A stretch of DNA of 56,852 nt, taken from assembly GCA_021780155.1 (NCBI GenBank), contig JAJXZH010000006.1, positions 1 through 56,852 on the forward strand, given 5' to 3'. Shown in pieces: positions 1-7,234 of the stretch (its first letter is position 1; every line of letters starts with the position of its first letter). The translations under genes were made by a program, and so were the position numbers. The notes beneath the pieces were generated by a model. The model saw nothing but the letters and a program-made list of their open reading frames with translations. It was not told the DNA's origin and did not search any database. The DNA is from a bacterium. GTDB lineage: Bacteria; Patescibacteriota; Minisyncoccia; UBA6257; JAGOQP01.

Positions 1-116
1 TTATTAAGCTGACTTAAATATTTCATAAGATTTTTACTAATCTTTTTTTAAATACAATATCTAAATAATCCGATTCCCATACCACTCATAAAATATCCTG
101 AACGGAATATTTTATG

Positions 117-187
117 AGCGGGTAACGGGAATCGGACCCGTGTCTAAACCTTGGGAAGGTCTCGTTCTACCACTGAACCATACCCGC
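117..187 (-). tRNA. tRNA-Gly (anticodon CCC)
   Basis: Reverse complement folds as a cloverleaf. Acceptor GCGGGTA/TACCCGC, D arm GTTC-AGTGGTA-GAAC, anticodon arm AGACC-TTCCCAA-GGTTT, T arm ACGGG-TCCGATT-CCCGT, discriminator T. No encoded CCA. Confidence 0.9.
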
Positions 188-220
188 TTGCCAATTTAAT
201 ATTCTATAGATTGATAAAAA

Positions 221-784
221 TTAATCAAATTGAATTTCACTTCCCGTCCAATGAGCGCCCCTCATCAACACAAAAACTTTAAGTCCCTTTCTTTGGTCTA
301 CAATCCACTGATTGAAGTTTTCGCCTTTTGATTGAAGCTGAGAAATCAACATCTGGTCTTTAATCGCCGTTTCCAAAAAATATTTTTTTGCGTCATTTAA
401 AGAAATTCCCTTCGCACTTAATGCGTCTTGAACTTTTTGGTCGCTCAATATTTGATTGACTTGAGAATTTAATTGTTTGTCCATTTCGGCAAATCCCATA
501 TCTTTATTAAGTTCTGCATCAATTGCCACCTCATCAATCAAACTATCAAAAACAACTTTTTTAAAAACCTTAATCGCATTCGGGTCATTTTTTATTCCAT
601 AATATTTTAGCGACAAATCCAAACTTTTATTAAATTGGTAAGCCATTATTGGATGCGTGTAATTTACTACGGCTATCGGATAAAATCCAAAATTAACAGC
701 AAACAAAACTATTGCTCCCAAAACAACAATTATGTAAATAATTGGGAAAAAATATTTTTGATTAATTAATTTTTTAATTTTCAT
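221..784 (-). CDS. membrane-anchored SurA N-terminal-domain-like chaperone protein (function tentative)
   Basis: The ORF track start at 805 is TTG; the first ATG is at 784, right after the upstream stop. It has an N-terminal TM helix followed by a helical region resembling SurA N-terminal domain proteins. Confidence 0.45.
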   Translation of the reverse strand: MKIKKLINQKYFFPIIYIIVVLGAIVLFAVNFGFYPIAVVNYTHPIMAYQFNKSLDLSLKYYGIKNDPNAIKVFKKVVFDSLIDEVAIDAELNKDMGFAEMDKQLNSQVNQILSDQKVQDALSAKGISLNDAKKYFLETAIKDQMLISQLQSKGENFNQWIVDQRKGLKVFVLMRGAHWTGSEIQFD

Positions 785-785
785 T

Positions 786-1061
786 TTATTGATTGGGAAC
801 AACAATAATCATTTTCTCTCCCGGTTGTTTATAATTAAATTCCTGTTTTAAAAGTTTTTGCAAATTGGAAATGTTGGAATAATAATTAATATCTTCTTGT
901 ATTTTATTTTTTTCGGCGGTCAATGATTGCAATTGAGCCGTCAATTTTTGATTGTCGCTTGCCAAACTCCTATCTTCTTTAAACATATAAAATATTTCCA
1001 CCAAGAAAAATGAAATGACAATAACCAAAAAAACAACAAAAAGAATCTTACCAATATTCAT
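786..1061 (-). CDS. FtsB/DivIC-like septum formation initiator
   Basis: Small bitopic protein with one N-terminal TM helix and then a coiled coil (QKLTAQLQSLTAEKNKIQEDI). ATG at 1061; the track start at 1067 is TTG. Confidence 0.6.
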   Translation of the reverse strand: MNIGKILFVVFLVIVISFFLVEIFYMFKEDRSLASDNQKLTAQLQSLTAEKNKIQEDINYYSNISNLQKLLKQEFNYKQPGEKMIIVVPNQ

Positions 1062-1097
1062 ATTCAAATTATACCATCAACATTGTCTTTTTTGAAA

Positions 1098-3140
1098 TTA
1101 TTTTGAAAGCAATTTTTTGAAATCTTCGGCAGATATTCTGACTTTTGCCATCAAAAGCAATTTTTTCTTCCCTTCTTTTTGTTTTCTCCAAAGTTTCATT
1201 TTGCGCGTTCTATCTCCGCCGTTTTTTCCAAAATTGCCAAGCTGTTTCTTCATTGCCGGAATAGTTTCTCTGGCAATTATTCGACTTGAAACTCTTGCCT
1301 GCACCGCTTGAGAAAACTGCTGTCTGGGAAGAGTATCTTTCAAAAGCTCAACCATTTTTCTCGCTTCATATTCAATGTTGTTTTTTGGTAAAACGCGCGA
1401 TAATCCCGAAACCTGCTCATTGGCGACCAAAATGTCCATTCTTACAAGGTCTGATTTTTTAAAACCGGCATTTTCGTAGCTGAAAGAGGCAAAACCTCCG
1501 GAAACTGATTTTAATCTGTCGTCAAAATCGGAAATAAGTTCCGCCAACGGCATTTTCATTTTAATGATAATTTTATCGGCGAGCATTTCCGTATCAACAT
1601 CTTCCCATCTAAAAAGCTCTTTAAGATTTAAAACCGGCCCAAGCAATCGACTGGGACATATTATTTCCACATTTATCATCGGTTCCAAAATCTCTTCATA
1701 ATCGTCCGGCAAATCTTTGGGATTTAATATGGTTGAATATCCGTTTTCGTCCGGCTTTGTTATTCCATGAAAATTTTTCAAATCATGTTTAATTTTTATT
1801 TTATATGCCACTGACGGAAAAGAGGTTATTGTTTTTATATTAAATTCTCTTTCAAGACGTTGGGAAATAATTTCAAAATGAAGTTTTCCCAAAAATCCCC
1901 CTTTAAATCCCCTGCCTAAAACTTCGTTAAAATCCGGCTCAAAAGTGAATGAGGCGTCGTTTAGGCGCAATCGCTCAAGAGATTTTTTGAGTTCGTCATA
2001 CTCATCGGCATCATCCGGATAAAAAGAAACAAACACCACCGGCTTTGGTTCTTTATATCCCGGCAATACCCATGACTCGGATTTATGTTGATAAGAAGAC
2101 AGATTTGCGCCGATAACATCCGCATTAATCTGTGTTCTATCCGCATGCATCTGTGATATCGACTTTGTCGATATGACGGTGTCTCCGATTTTTATTTTAT
2201 GAGGATCTTTTAATCCGGTTACCAGATAACCAATGTTTCCTTCCGAGATCTCATCAACTTTTTTTTGTTCGGGAACAAAATATCCAACTTCTTTTATTTT
2301 TACTTTTTCATTTACGGCAATTAACTTTACTTCATCAAGCGCTTTAAAAGATCCGTTAAAAACTCTAATGACCGCAATAATTCCTTTGTGATCGTCATAA
2401 AAAGAATCAAAAATTAAAGCTCTGCATAATGCCAACTTGTGCTGACTGGATGTTAACTCGCGCCGACTATCTTCTGTGTAGTCCCCCATAAAATCAGTAT
2501 GGATTTGCGTCTTTGGGGGTGGAACTTTTTTTATAACATCATCGAGCAACTCTCTAACGCCAAAACCTGTTTTTCCCGAAATTCTATGTATATTTTCCGG
2601 AGATGTTTCAAGAAGCTGAGCAACCTCTTTAATTGATTTTTCTATATCGGGAATATTCATATCCACTTTATTAACGGCGCCAATTATTTCAAGTCCTGCT
2701 TTTTTTGCCGCATAAAAATTGGACAAAGTTTGCGCTTGTATTCCCTGAGTGCCATCAACCAGCAATATCGCTCCTTCTACCGCCTCCAAAGCTCTCGATA
2801 CTTCATAACCGAAATCTGGATGACCGGGAGTATCAATCAAATTCAAAATGTAAGAATCGGAGTTAAAAATTTTTGGATTTTGTTCGGTAGAATTAACGTT
2901 TTTAAATTTTAAATTGTCATTTTGATTTTTGATGTTTGCATTTTGCATTTTATACTCCATGCGAACTGGTGCCATTTTTATGGTAATCCCCCTTTCCCTT
3001 TCCAGTTCCAGCTGATCTAGATATTGCTCTTTCATTCTTCTTTTTTCTATTGTTCCGGTAATTTCAAGCAGACGATCCGCAAGGGTGCTTTTGCCGTGGT
3101 CTATGTGAGCTATTATGCAGAAATTTCGTATGTTTTCCAT
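1098..3140 (-). CDS. lepA: translation elongation factor 4 (LepA), with lineage-specific insertions
   Basis: N-terminal GTPase motifs AHIDHGKST, DTPGH and NKVD. The characteristic LepA C-terminal domain is present (GGFASFSYE...QFSQAVQA). Confidence 0.95.
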   Translation of the reverse strand: MENIRNFCIIAHIDHGKSTLADRLLEITGTIEKRRMKEQYLDQLELERERGITIKMAPVRMEYKMQNANIKNQNDNLKFKNVNSTEQNPKIFNSDSYILNLIDTPGHPDFGYEVSRALEAVEGAILLVDGTQGIQAQTLSNFYAAKKAGLEIIGAVNKVDMNIPDIEKSIKEVAQLLETSPENIHRISGKTGFGVRELLDDVIKKVPPPKTQIHTDFMGDYTEDSRRELTSSQHKLALCRALIFDSFYDDHKGIIAVIRVFNGSFKALDEVKLIAVNEKVKIKEVGYFVPEQKKVDEISEGNIGYLVTGLKDPHKIKIGDTVISTKSISQMHADRTQINADVIGANLSSYQHKSESWVLPGYKEPKPVVFVSFYPDDADEYDELKKSLERLRLNDASFTFEPDFNEVLGRGFKGGFLGKLHFEIISQRLEREFNIKTITSFPSVAYKIKIKHDLKNFHGITKPDENGYSTILNPKDLPDDYEEILEPMINVEIICPSRLLGPVLNLKELFRWEDVDTEMLADKIIIKMKMPLAELISDFDDRLKSVSGGFASFSYENAGFKKSDLVRMDILVANEQVSGLSRVLPKNNIEYEARKMVELLKDTLPRQQFSQAVQARVSSRIIARETIPAMKKQLGNFGKNGGDRTRKMKLWRKQKEGKKKLLLMAKVRISAEDFKKLLSK

Positions 3141-3287
3141 TGAAAATGAAGTATAATTTAAATAATCTCAGTTAGCAATAAAAATGAAATTAAATAATAA
3201 AATTCTTACCATTCTTTTGGCGATTTTGGCTATTTTGATTGCTGTGTTTATATTTATATATGGATTTTTTTATTAAAAAACGCCCCC

Positions 3288-3317
3288 TCTGTCATTCCAG
3301 CGGAAGCTGGAATCCAG
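3288..3317. repeat. palindromic repeat family A, copy 1 (TCTGTCATTCCAGCGGAAGCTGGAATCCAG)
   Basis: Hairpin ATTCCAGC-GGAA-GCTGGAAT. This copy is 30/30 identical to the copy at 3734-3763. Confidence 0.85.
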
Positions 3318-3325
3318 CCCTCCTG

Positions 3326-3364
3326 AAATCTATCAAAGTATCAAAGTCCGACTTCCTTAGAAAT
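3326..3364. repeat. REP family B, degenerate copy B1
   Basis: AAATCTATCAAAGTATCAAAGTCCGACTTCCTTAGAAAT. It is 38/39 identical to 4243-4281 and shares the arm CGACTTCCTTAGA with the 29-nt palindromes at 6467 and 7208. Confidence 0.8.
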
Positions 3365-3502
3365 GTCAGATAATAAAAATTTTATTTTTGGAGAGAATAA
3401 TCTGAATAATAATCATTAATCAAATCTGTTGGCATCCGATGTAAATAGATGAAAAAGACGGGACTTTTAATATCAACATTAAAACTCTATAATAAATAAC
3501 AA

Positions 3503-4240
3503 ATGAGGTTAAGCAACAAAATTATTATTTTTCTTTTGGTAATTTTAATAATTTCAATCGCCATACTTGTATATGGATTTACTTTGTTAAAAAAAACAAC
3601 TTCTCCATCTAGCACTTCAATTGAGCCCACTCTTTTATCCGATTCGTCTAGTTCGTCGGTCTTCCCTTATTCATTATCCGATTCGTCAGTTTCCCCTTCT
3701 GTCATTCCAGCTCCTGCTGGAATCCAATCCTCTTCTGTCATTCCAGCGGAAGCTGGAATCCAGGATAAAAATGGCACTTCCACTTCCCAAAACTGCGACA
3801 TAAAACAAATAACTGATACGGTTCATGGCGGTTCTATGAGTGGAATCGTTGAAAATGGACAGCAAATAATAATTTTTGAAGGTTATTATAAATGCCACGC
3901 CGTTCAAAGAAACGACCTGGTTATTTATAATTATGCGGGAAATCCCGAACCTTTAATTAAAATCGTTAAAGCTATTCCGGGAGACAAATGGTTTCTTAAG
4001 CTTTCCGACCAAGGGTATGAAATTGTAGTCAATAATAAAATTTTAACCACCAGTTTAGGAGAGTTATATCAAATTCCAACCACTAAAATATCAATGCTAA
4101 AATTATACGCCACAAGTTATCCAACTATTCCGCAAAATACTTATTTAATCTTAGGAAATTTATCATTCGGCACTCTAGATAGTTCTCGATTCGGACTTAT
4201 TGGACTACAAGATATCATCGGGAAAGCGGTTATAAAATAG
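3503..4240 (+). CDS. signal peptidase I-like S26 family serine peptidase
   Basis: N-terminal TM helix and a Ser/Pro-rich linker. The catalytic-type motifs are GGSMSG (Ser), LIKIVKAIPGD (Lys) and LGN..GTLDSSRFG..IIGKA, which correspond to GDN..S.DSR.G of SPase I. Confidence 0.7.
   Translation: MRLSNKIIIFLLVILIISIAILVYGFTLLKKTTSPSSTSIEPTLLSDSSSSSVFPYSLSDSSVSPSVIPAPAGIQSSSVIPAEAGIQDKNGTSTSQNCDIKQITDTVHGGSMSGIVENGQQIIIFEGYYKCHAVQRNDLVIYNYAGNPEPLIKIVKAIPGDKWFLKLSDQGYEIVVNNKILTTSLGELYQIPTTKISMLKLYATSYPTIPQNTYLILGNLSFGTLDSSRFGLIGLQDIIGKAVIK
3698..3727. repeat. palindromic repeat family A, copy 2 (in-frame inside CDS)
   Basis: TCTGTCATTCCAGCTCCTGCTGGAATCCAA, with the same stems and a different loop. 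It is translated as SVIPAPAGIQ. Confidence 0.8.
3734..3763. repeat. palindromic repeat family A, copy 3 (in-frame inside CDS)
   Basis: Identical to copy 1. It is translated as SVIPAEAGIQ. Confidence 0.85.
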
Positions 4241-4242
4241 TA

Positions 4243-4281
4243 AAATCTATCGAAGTATCAAAGTCCGACTTCCTTAGAAAT
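4243..4281. repeat. REP family B, degenerate copy B2
   Basis: A 39-nt direct repeat of 3326-3364. It lies between the convergent peptidase and pilin genes. Confidence 0.8.
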
Positions 4282-4309
4282 ATTAACTTAGCTTTAGATG
4301 TTTTTAGTG

Positions 4310-6388
4310 TTATTTTACACATGCGAGATTGTGTGTAGCATTACAATATGACACATTAGAGGTACCATTAGTGATTAAAGTTGGTCCTATACTACCCGAT
4401 GTACTACTTGTCCATCCGGAACACTCAAAATCTCCCCCTTGATAAGAATATCCTCCTTTTACATAAAAATAATAAACTCCAGATCCAATAAGAGTCACTC
4501 CTGCTACCGCATCTCTTATCCATACTGTATATGTATAAGGATAATTTGTCCCAAGCCTCGCAATTTCATCCCAACTTGCCCAGTGACTGCCCGGATAAGA
4601 GCTATTACAAAGGGAATTTCCCTGTCTAATTCCAAGAGTGGATGACCCTCCAAGAACACCAGTTACTAAGCCAGTATATCCCATCCATGTTGGACCACTT
4701 CCTCCTCCCGCAGCCGCATCAACGTAGGCTTTTGTTGCCGCATCCGTAGAATTTACCGGAGTTCCAAGATTGGTTATCGTATTGTTGTTTAACGAAAGAG
4801 TCGTTGTGGTAAGAGTTAATTCATCAGCTCCAGTTCCCACATTAAAAAATCCTAAGTTGGGCGTGTTTCTCGAGGCAATTAACCACTGTCCATAATTGGA
4901 GGCAACATTATTCTGATAAAGTCTAAGCACTGTTGAATTTGTGCTTCCGGAAGGTGTGTACACGCCAATAGTTGATGTTACAGAGAGAGGATCCGCTGGT
5001 GTTGTTATCCCAATCCCGACGTTGCCTTGTAATATTGTTTTTGTGATACTTGTATTTCCTAATGTCACAGAGTTTGAGCCATTACCAATTGAACTTGCTC
5101 CAATAACTATCTCATTTGTATCTCCATCCGCCAAGGGAGAAGCATTATATCCTTCATAAACCGAATTGGTAGAAGTTTGATTACGAGTTGAGCCATTTGC
5201 GATATACATACCAGCTCGCATCCCATTAGCAGTGTTGTAGTAGCCAGTAGTGTTGAAGTAGAGAGCATATATTCCATTAGCAGAGTTACCGTAGCCAGTA
5301 GTGTTGGATTGGAGAGCTTGCGTCCCATTAACAGTGTTGCTGTTGCCAGTAGTGTTGTAGTAGAGAGCATATAATCCATTAACAGTGTTGCCGTAGCCAG
5401 TAGTGTTGGAGTAGAGAGCGCCTACTCCATTAGCGGTGTTATTGATGCCAGTAGTGTTAAAGAAGAGAGCATTGTATCCATTAGCAGTGTTGTAGTAGCC
5501 AGTAGTGTTGGATTGGAGAGCGCCTACTCCATTAGCGGTGTTGTAGGAGCCAAGATAAGTTGAGCCAACTGCTCCAATTGAACTTTGTCCACCTCCTCCG
5601 ATAAATATGTTATATCCATCAGAATTTGCTCCTTGGTATGTTGAAATGAGAGCGTTTGTGCCATTAGTATTTACATTTATATTTCCTGAAACATCTAATT
5701 TTTGTCCGGGATTTATCGTCCCAATTCCAACGTTGCCTCCGATAGTTAAATTTCCAGAAAATGCCCCATTAAGCCAGCGGGACGAAGGATTAGCACCAAC
5801 ACTGTAGGCATTGTCAGTATTCGGTAATAAATCAGAATCAAACGTTGCGGCATTAACTCGGGCAACTGCCGTTCTTAAAGCACGAGAAATTGTTGTTCCT
5901 GCGGCTTTTTGGACCGCTGAAGCGGCAATATCAATCTGGACCGTATCTTTTCCGGGCGCTTGAGATATTTTTTTAAATTGCAAAGAATCTATATTAATAC
6001 TGGCTGAAGTTATTGACTGTGGAGAATTTGTTCCTTGCTGAATATAAACTTGTCCGTTGGAAAGATAGACATAAGTTGGGTCATTGATTAAATTCGGCAT
6101 CCTTAATTTCAAGGTTGAACTGGCAACTCCGGCGTTCATATCAATAACGCTTGAATCGGTTACCAACCGCTGGATTGTTTGAGTAACAAAACCCAACTGC
6201 CCGGAAACATCAGTCATCGCCGATTCCTGAACTTGAGTTTTGGTGACGGTAGTTAAAATGCCGACAGCGATTCCCGAAACCGCCCCTAAGATAGCAATAT
6301 AAATTAAAAGCTCAATCAAGGAAAATCCTTTTTGAGATTTTGATGTTTCAGTTATTTTTATTTTAATGTGATTGAAAAAATTAAACAT
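4310..6388 (-). CDS. type IV prepilin-like protein fused to tail-fiber-like repeat adhesin domain
   Basis: Classic prepilin leader and methylation motif: SQKG|FSLIELLIYIAILGAV, with Gly-1, Phe+1 and Glu+5. It has six to seven 17-aa repeats NTANGxxALxxNTTGxx and a TDAATKAYVD motif. The C-terminal domain carries four Cys. Confidence 0.8.
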   Translation of the reverse strand: MFNFFNHIKIKITETSKSQKGFSLIELLIYIAILGAVSGIAVGILTTVTKTQVQESAMTDVSGQLGFVTQTIQRLVTDSSVIDMNAGVASSTLKLRMPNLINDPTYVYLSNGQVYIQQGTNSPQSITSASINIDSLQFKKISQAPGKDTVQIDIAASAVQKAAGTTISRALRTAVARVNAATFDSDLLPNTDNAYSVGANPSSRWLNGAFSGNLTIGGNVGIGTINPGQKLDVSGNINVNTNGTNALISTYQGANSDGYNIFIGGGGQSSIGAVGSTYLGSYNTANGVGALQSNTTGYYNTANGYNALFFNTTGINNTANGVGALYSNTTGYGNTVNGLYALYYNTTGNSNTVNGTQALQSNTTGYGNSANGIYALYFNTTGYYNTANGMRAGMYIANGSTRNQTSTNSVYEGYNASPLADGDTNEIVIGASSIGNGSNSVTLGNTSITKTILQGNVGIGITTPADPLSVTSTIGVYTPSGSTNSTVLRLYQNNVASNYGQWLIASRNTPNLGFFNVGTGADELTLTTTTLSLNNNTITNLGTPVNSTDAATKAYVDAAAGGGSGPTWMGYTGLVTGVLGGSSTLGIRQGNSLCNSSYPGSHWASWDEIARLGTNYPYTYTVWIRDAVAGVTLIGSGVYYFYVKGGYSYQGGDFECSGWTSSTSGSIGPTLITNGTSNVSYCNATHNLACVK
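5213..5550 (-). repeat. coding tandem repeat, 51-nt period (17-aa NTANG..AL..NTTG units)
   Basis: Units begin CCATTAGCAGTGTTG... on the plus strand every 51 nt from about 5223. Confidence 0.85.
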
Positions 6389-6450
6389 ATTTTTGCCTTT
6401 TGACTTGTATTTATTATATCACTTTTGAATATAAAAGTATGTGGATAACT

Positions 6451-6458
6451 CCCCCCCC
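6451..6458. repeat. C8/G8 homopolymer tract upstream of the pilin-adhesin gene
   Basis: cccccccc in an AT-rich intergenic region. It lies about 35 nt upstream of a TATAAT (6413-6418, minus strand) that precedes the ATG at 6388. Confidence 0.9.
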
Positions 6459-6493
6459 AAGAAATCAATCTAAGGAAGTCGGACTTCCTTAGA

Positions 6494-7195
6494 TTATTTA
6501 AAAACCACAGTTTCCAAATCACCCACATCTCTTTCTTTGAGCCATTTGATCATTCTCTTGCGGTAATTTTCTGGTCCGTCAAAAAATTTTGTTAAAAATT
6601 CTCTTTGCGTTACTGAGGGAAAGTTTCTAATTCCTATATAATCTCGATAACTGCTCCAGCGATATTTTTCTAAAAATTCCGATGCCTTTTTATAATTTAT
6701 GACTTTTTCCCCCCGCCATTCAATTCCAGCCACATCAAGAGGATTAAGATGAATATAATAAGGAAGATGGATAAGATGAGATTCGCTTTTAATTTGAACC
6801 GACTTATATTTTCCCTGAAACAATGGACCAACTCGTCTATACTTTTTATTGAAGTAGTTTGTGTATCCGGTTCCCAATTTCCTTATAAATTCGGTGATTC
6901 CGTCATCAGTAATTTGTTGAACAATTAGATGAAAATGGTTTGGCATCAAACAAAACGCCATTAATCTGACAAATAATTTTCTCGCCCCTCTTTCAATCTT
7001 CGGAAGTCCGACTTCCTTAGACTTAGATTTACCGAAATAATATGCCAAATTTATGGCAGGATTTTGATCGTTAAACTCAAATAAGTCGTGAACAAATCGC
7101 AAATAATCTTGGTCGTCCAAAAATATTTTTCTCTTCTCTACTCCCCTATTGTAAATATGATATATACCGCCCATTTCTGGTTTTGTGCGCATCAT
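6494..7195 (-). CDS. REP-associated tyrosine transposase (IS200/IS605 TnpA-like, HUH Y1 family)
   Basis: YHIYNRG N-terminal strand, HUH motif MPNHFHLIV, and the Tyr region GYTNYFNKKYRRVGPLFQGKYKS. Confidence 0.8.
   Translation of the reverse strand: MMRTKPEMGGIYHIYNRGVEKRKIFLDDQDYLRFVHDLFEFNDQNPAINLAYYFGKSKSKEVGLPKIERGARKLFVRLMAFCLMPNHFHLIVQQITDDGITEFIRKLGTGYTNYFNKKYRRVGPLFQGKYKSVQIKSESHLIHLPYYIHLNPLDVAGIEWRGEKVINYKKASEFLEKYRWSSYRDYIGIRNFPSVTQREFLTKFFDGPENYRKRMIKWLKERDVGDLETVVFK
6995..7029. repeat. REP family B copy B4, in-frame inside the RAYT CDS
   Basis: AATCTTCGGAAGTCCGACTTCCTTAGACTTAGATT. It encodes KSKSKEVGLPKIE, located between the N-terminal strand and the HUH motif. Confidence 0.75.
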
Positions 7196-7234
7196 CTGTA
7201 AATTATAAATCTAAGGAAGTCCGACTTCAATAGA

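Larger units (their letters stand above)
3184..3364 (+). pseudogene. deletion remnant of a paralog of the downstream S26 peptidase-like gene
   Basis: A 30-codon ORF (3184-3276, MKLNNKILTILLAILAILIAVFIFIYGFFY) parallels the N-terminus of the 3503 gene (MRLSNKIIIFLLVILIISIAILVYGF). It is followed out of frame by palindrome A and by the same 39-nt 3' flank found after the intact gene. Confidence 0.55.

Noticed and set aside
5213-5550. Regular 51-nt periodicity that could be mistaken for a CRISPR-like or satellite array.
   Set aside because: The units are contiguous with no spacers, lie in an open reading frame, and encode a 17-aa protein repeat.
6440-6448. A perfect DnaA-box 9-mer (TTATCCACA on the minus strand), with related GAGTTATCCAC copies at 10646-10656 and 56589-56600. 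This raised the possibility of an oriC.
   Set aside because: They are isolated single boxes tens of kb apart, and about one such 9-mer is expected by chance in this much sequence. The 56.6-kb copy is simply the codons of the conserved GyrB motif VDNS. There is no box cluster, DUE or dnaA gene.
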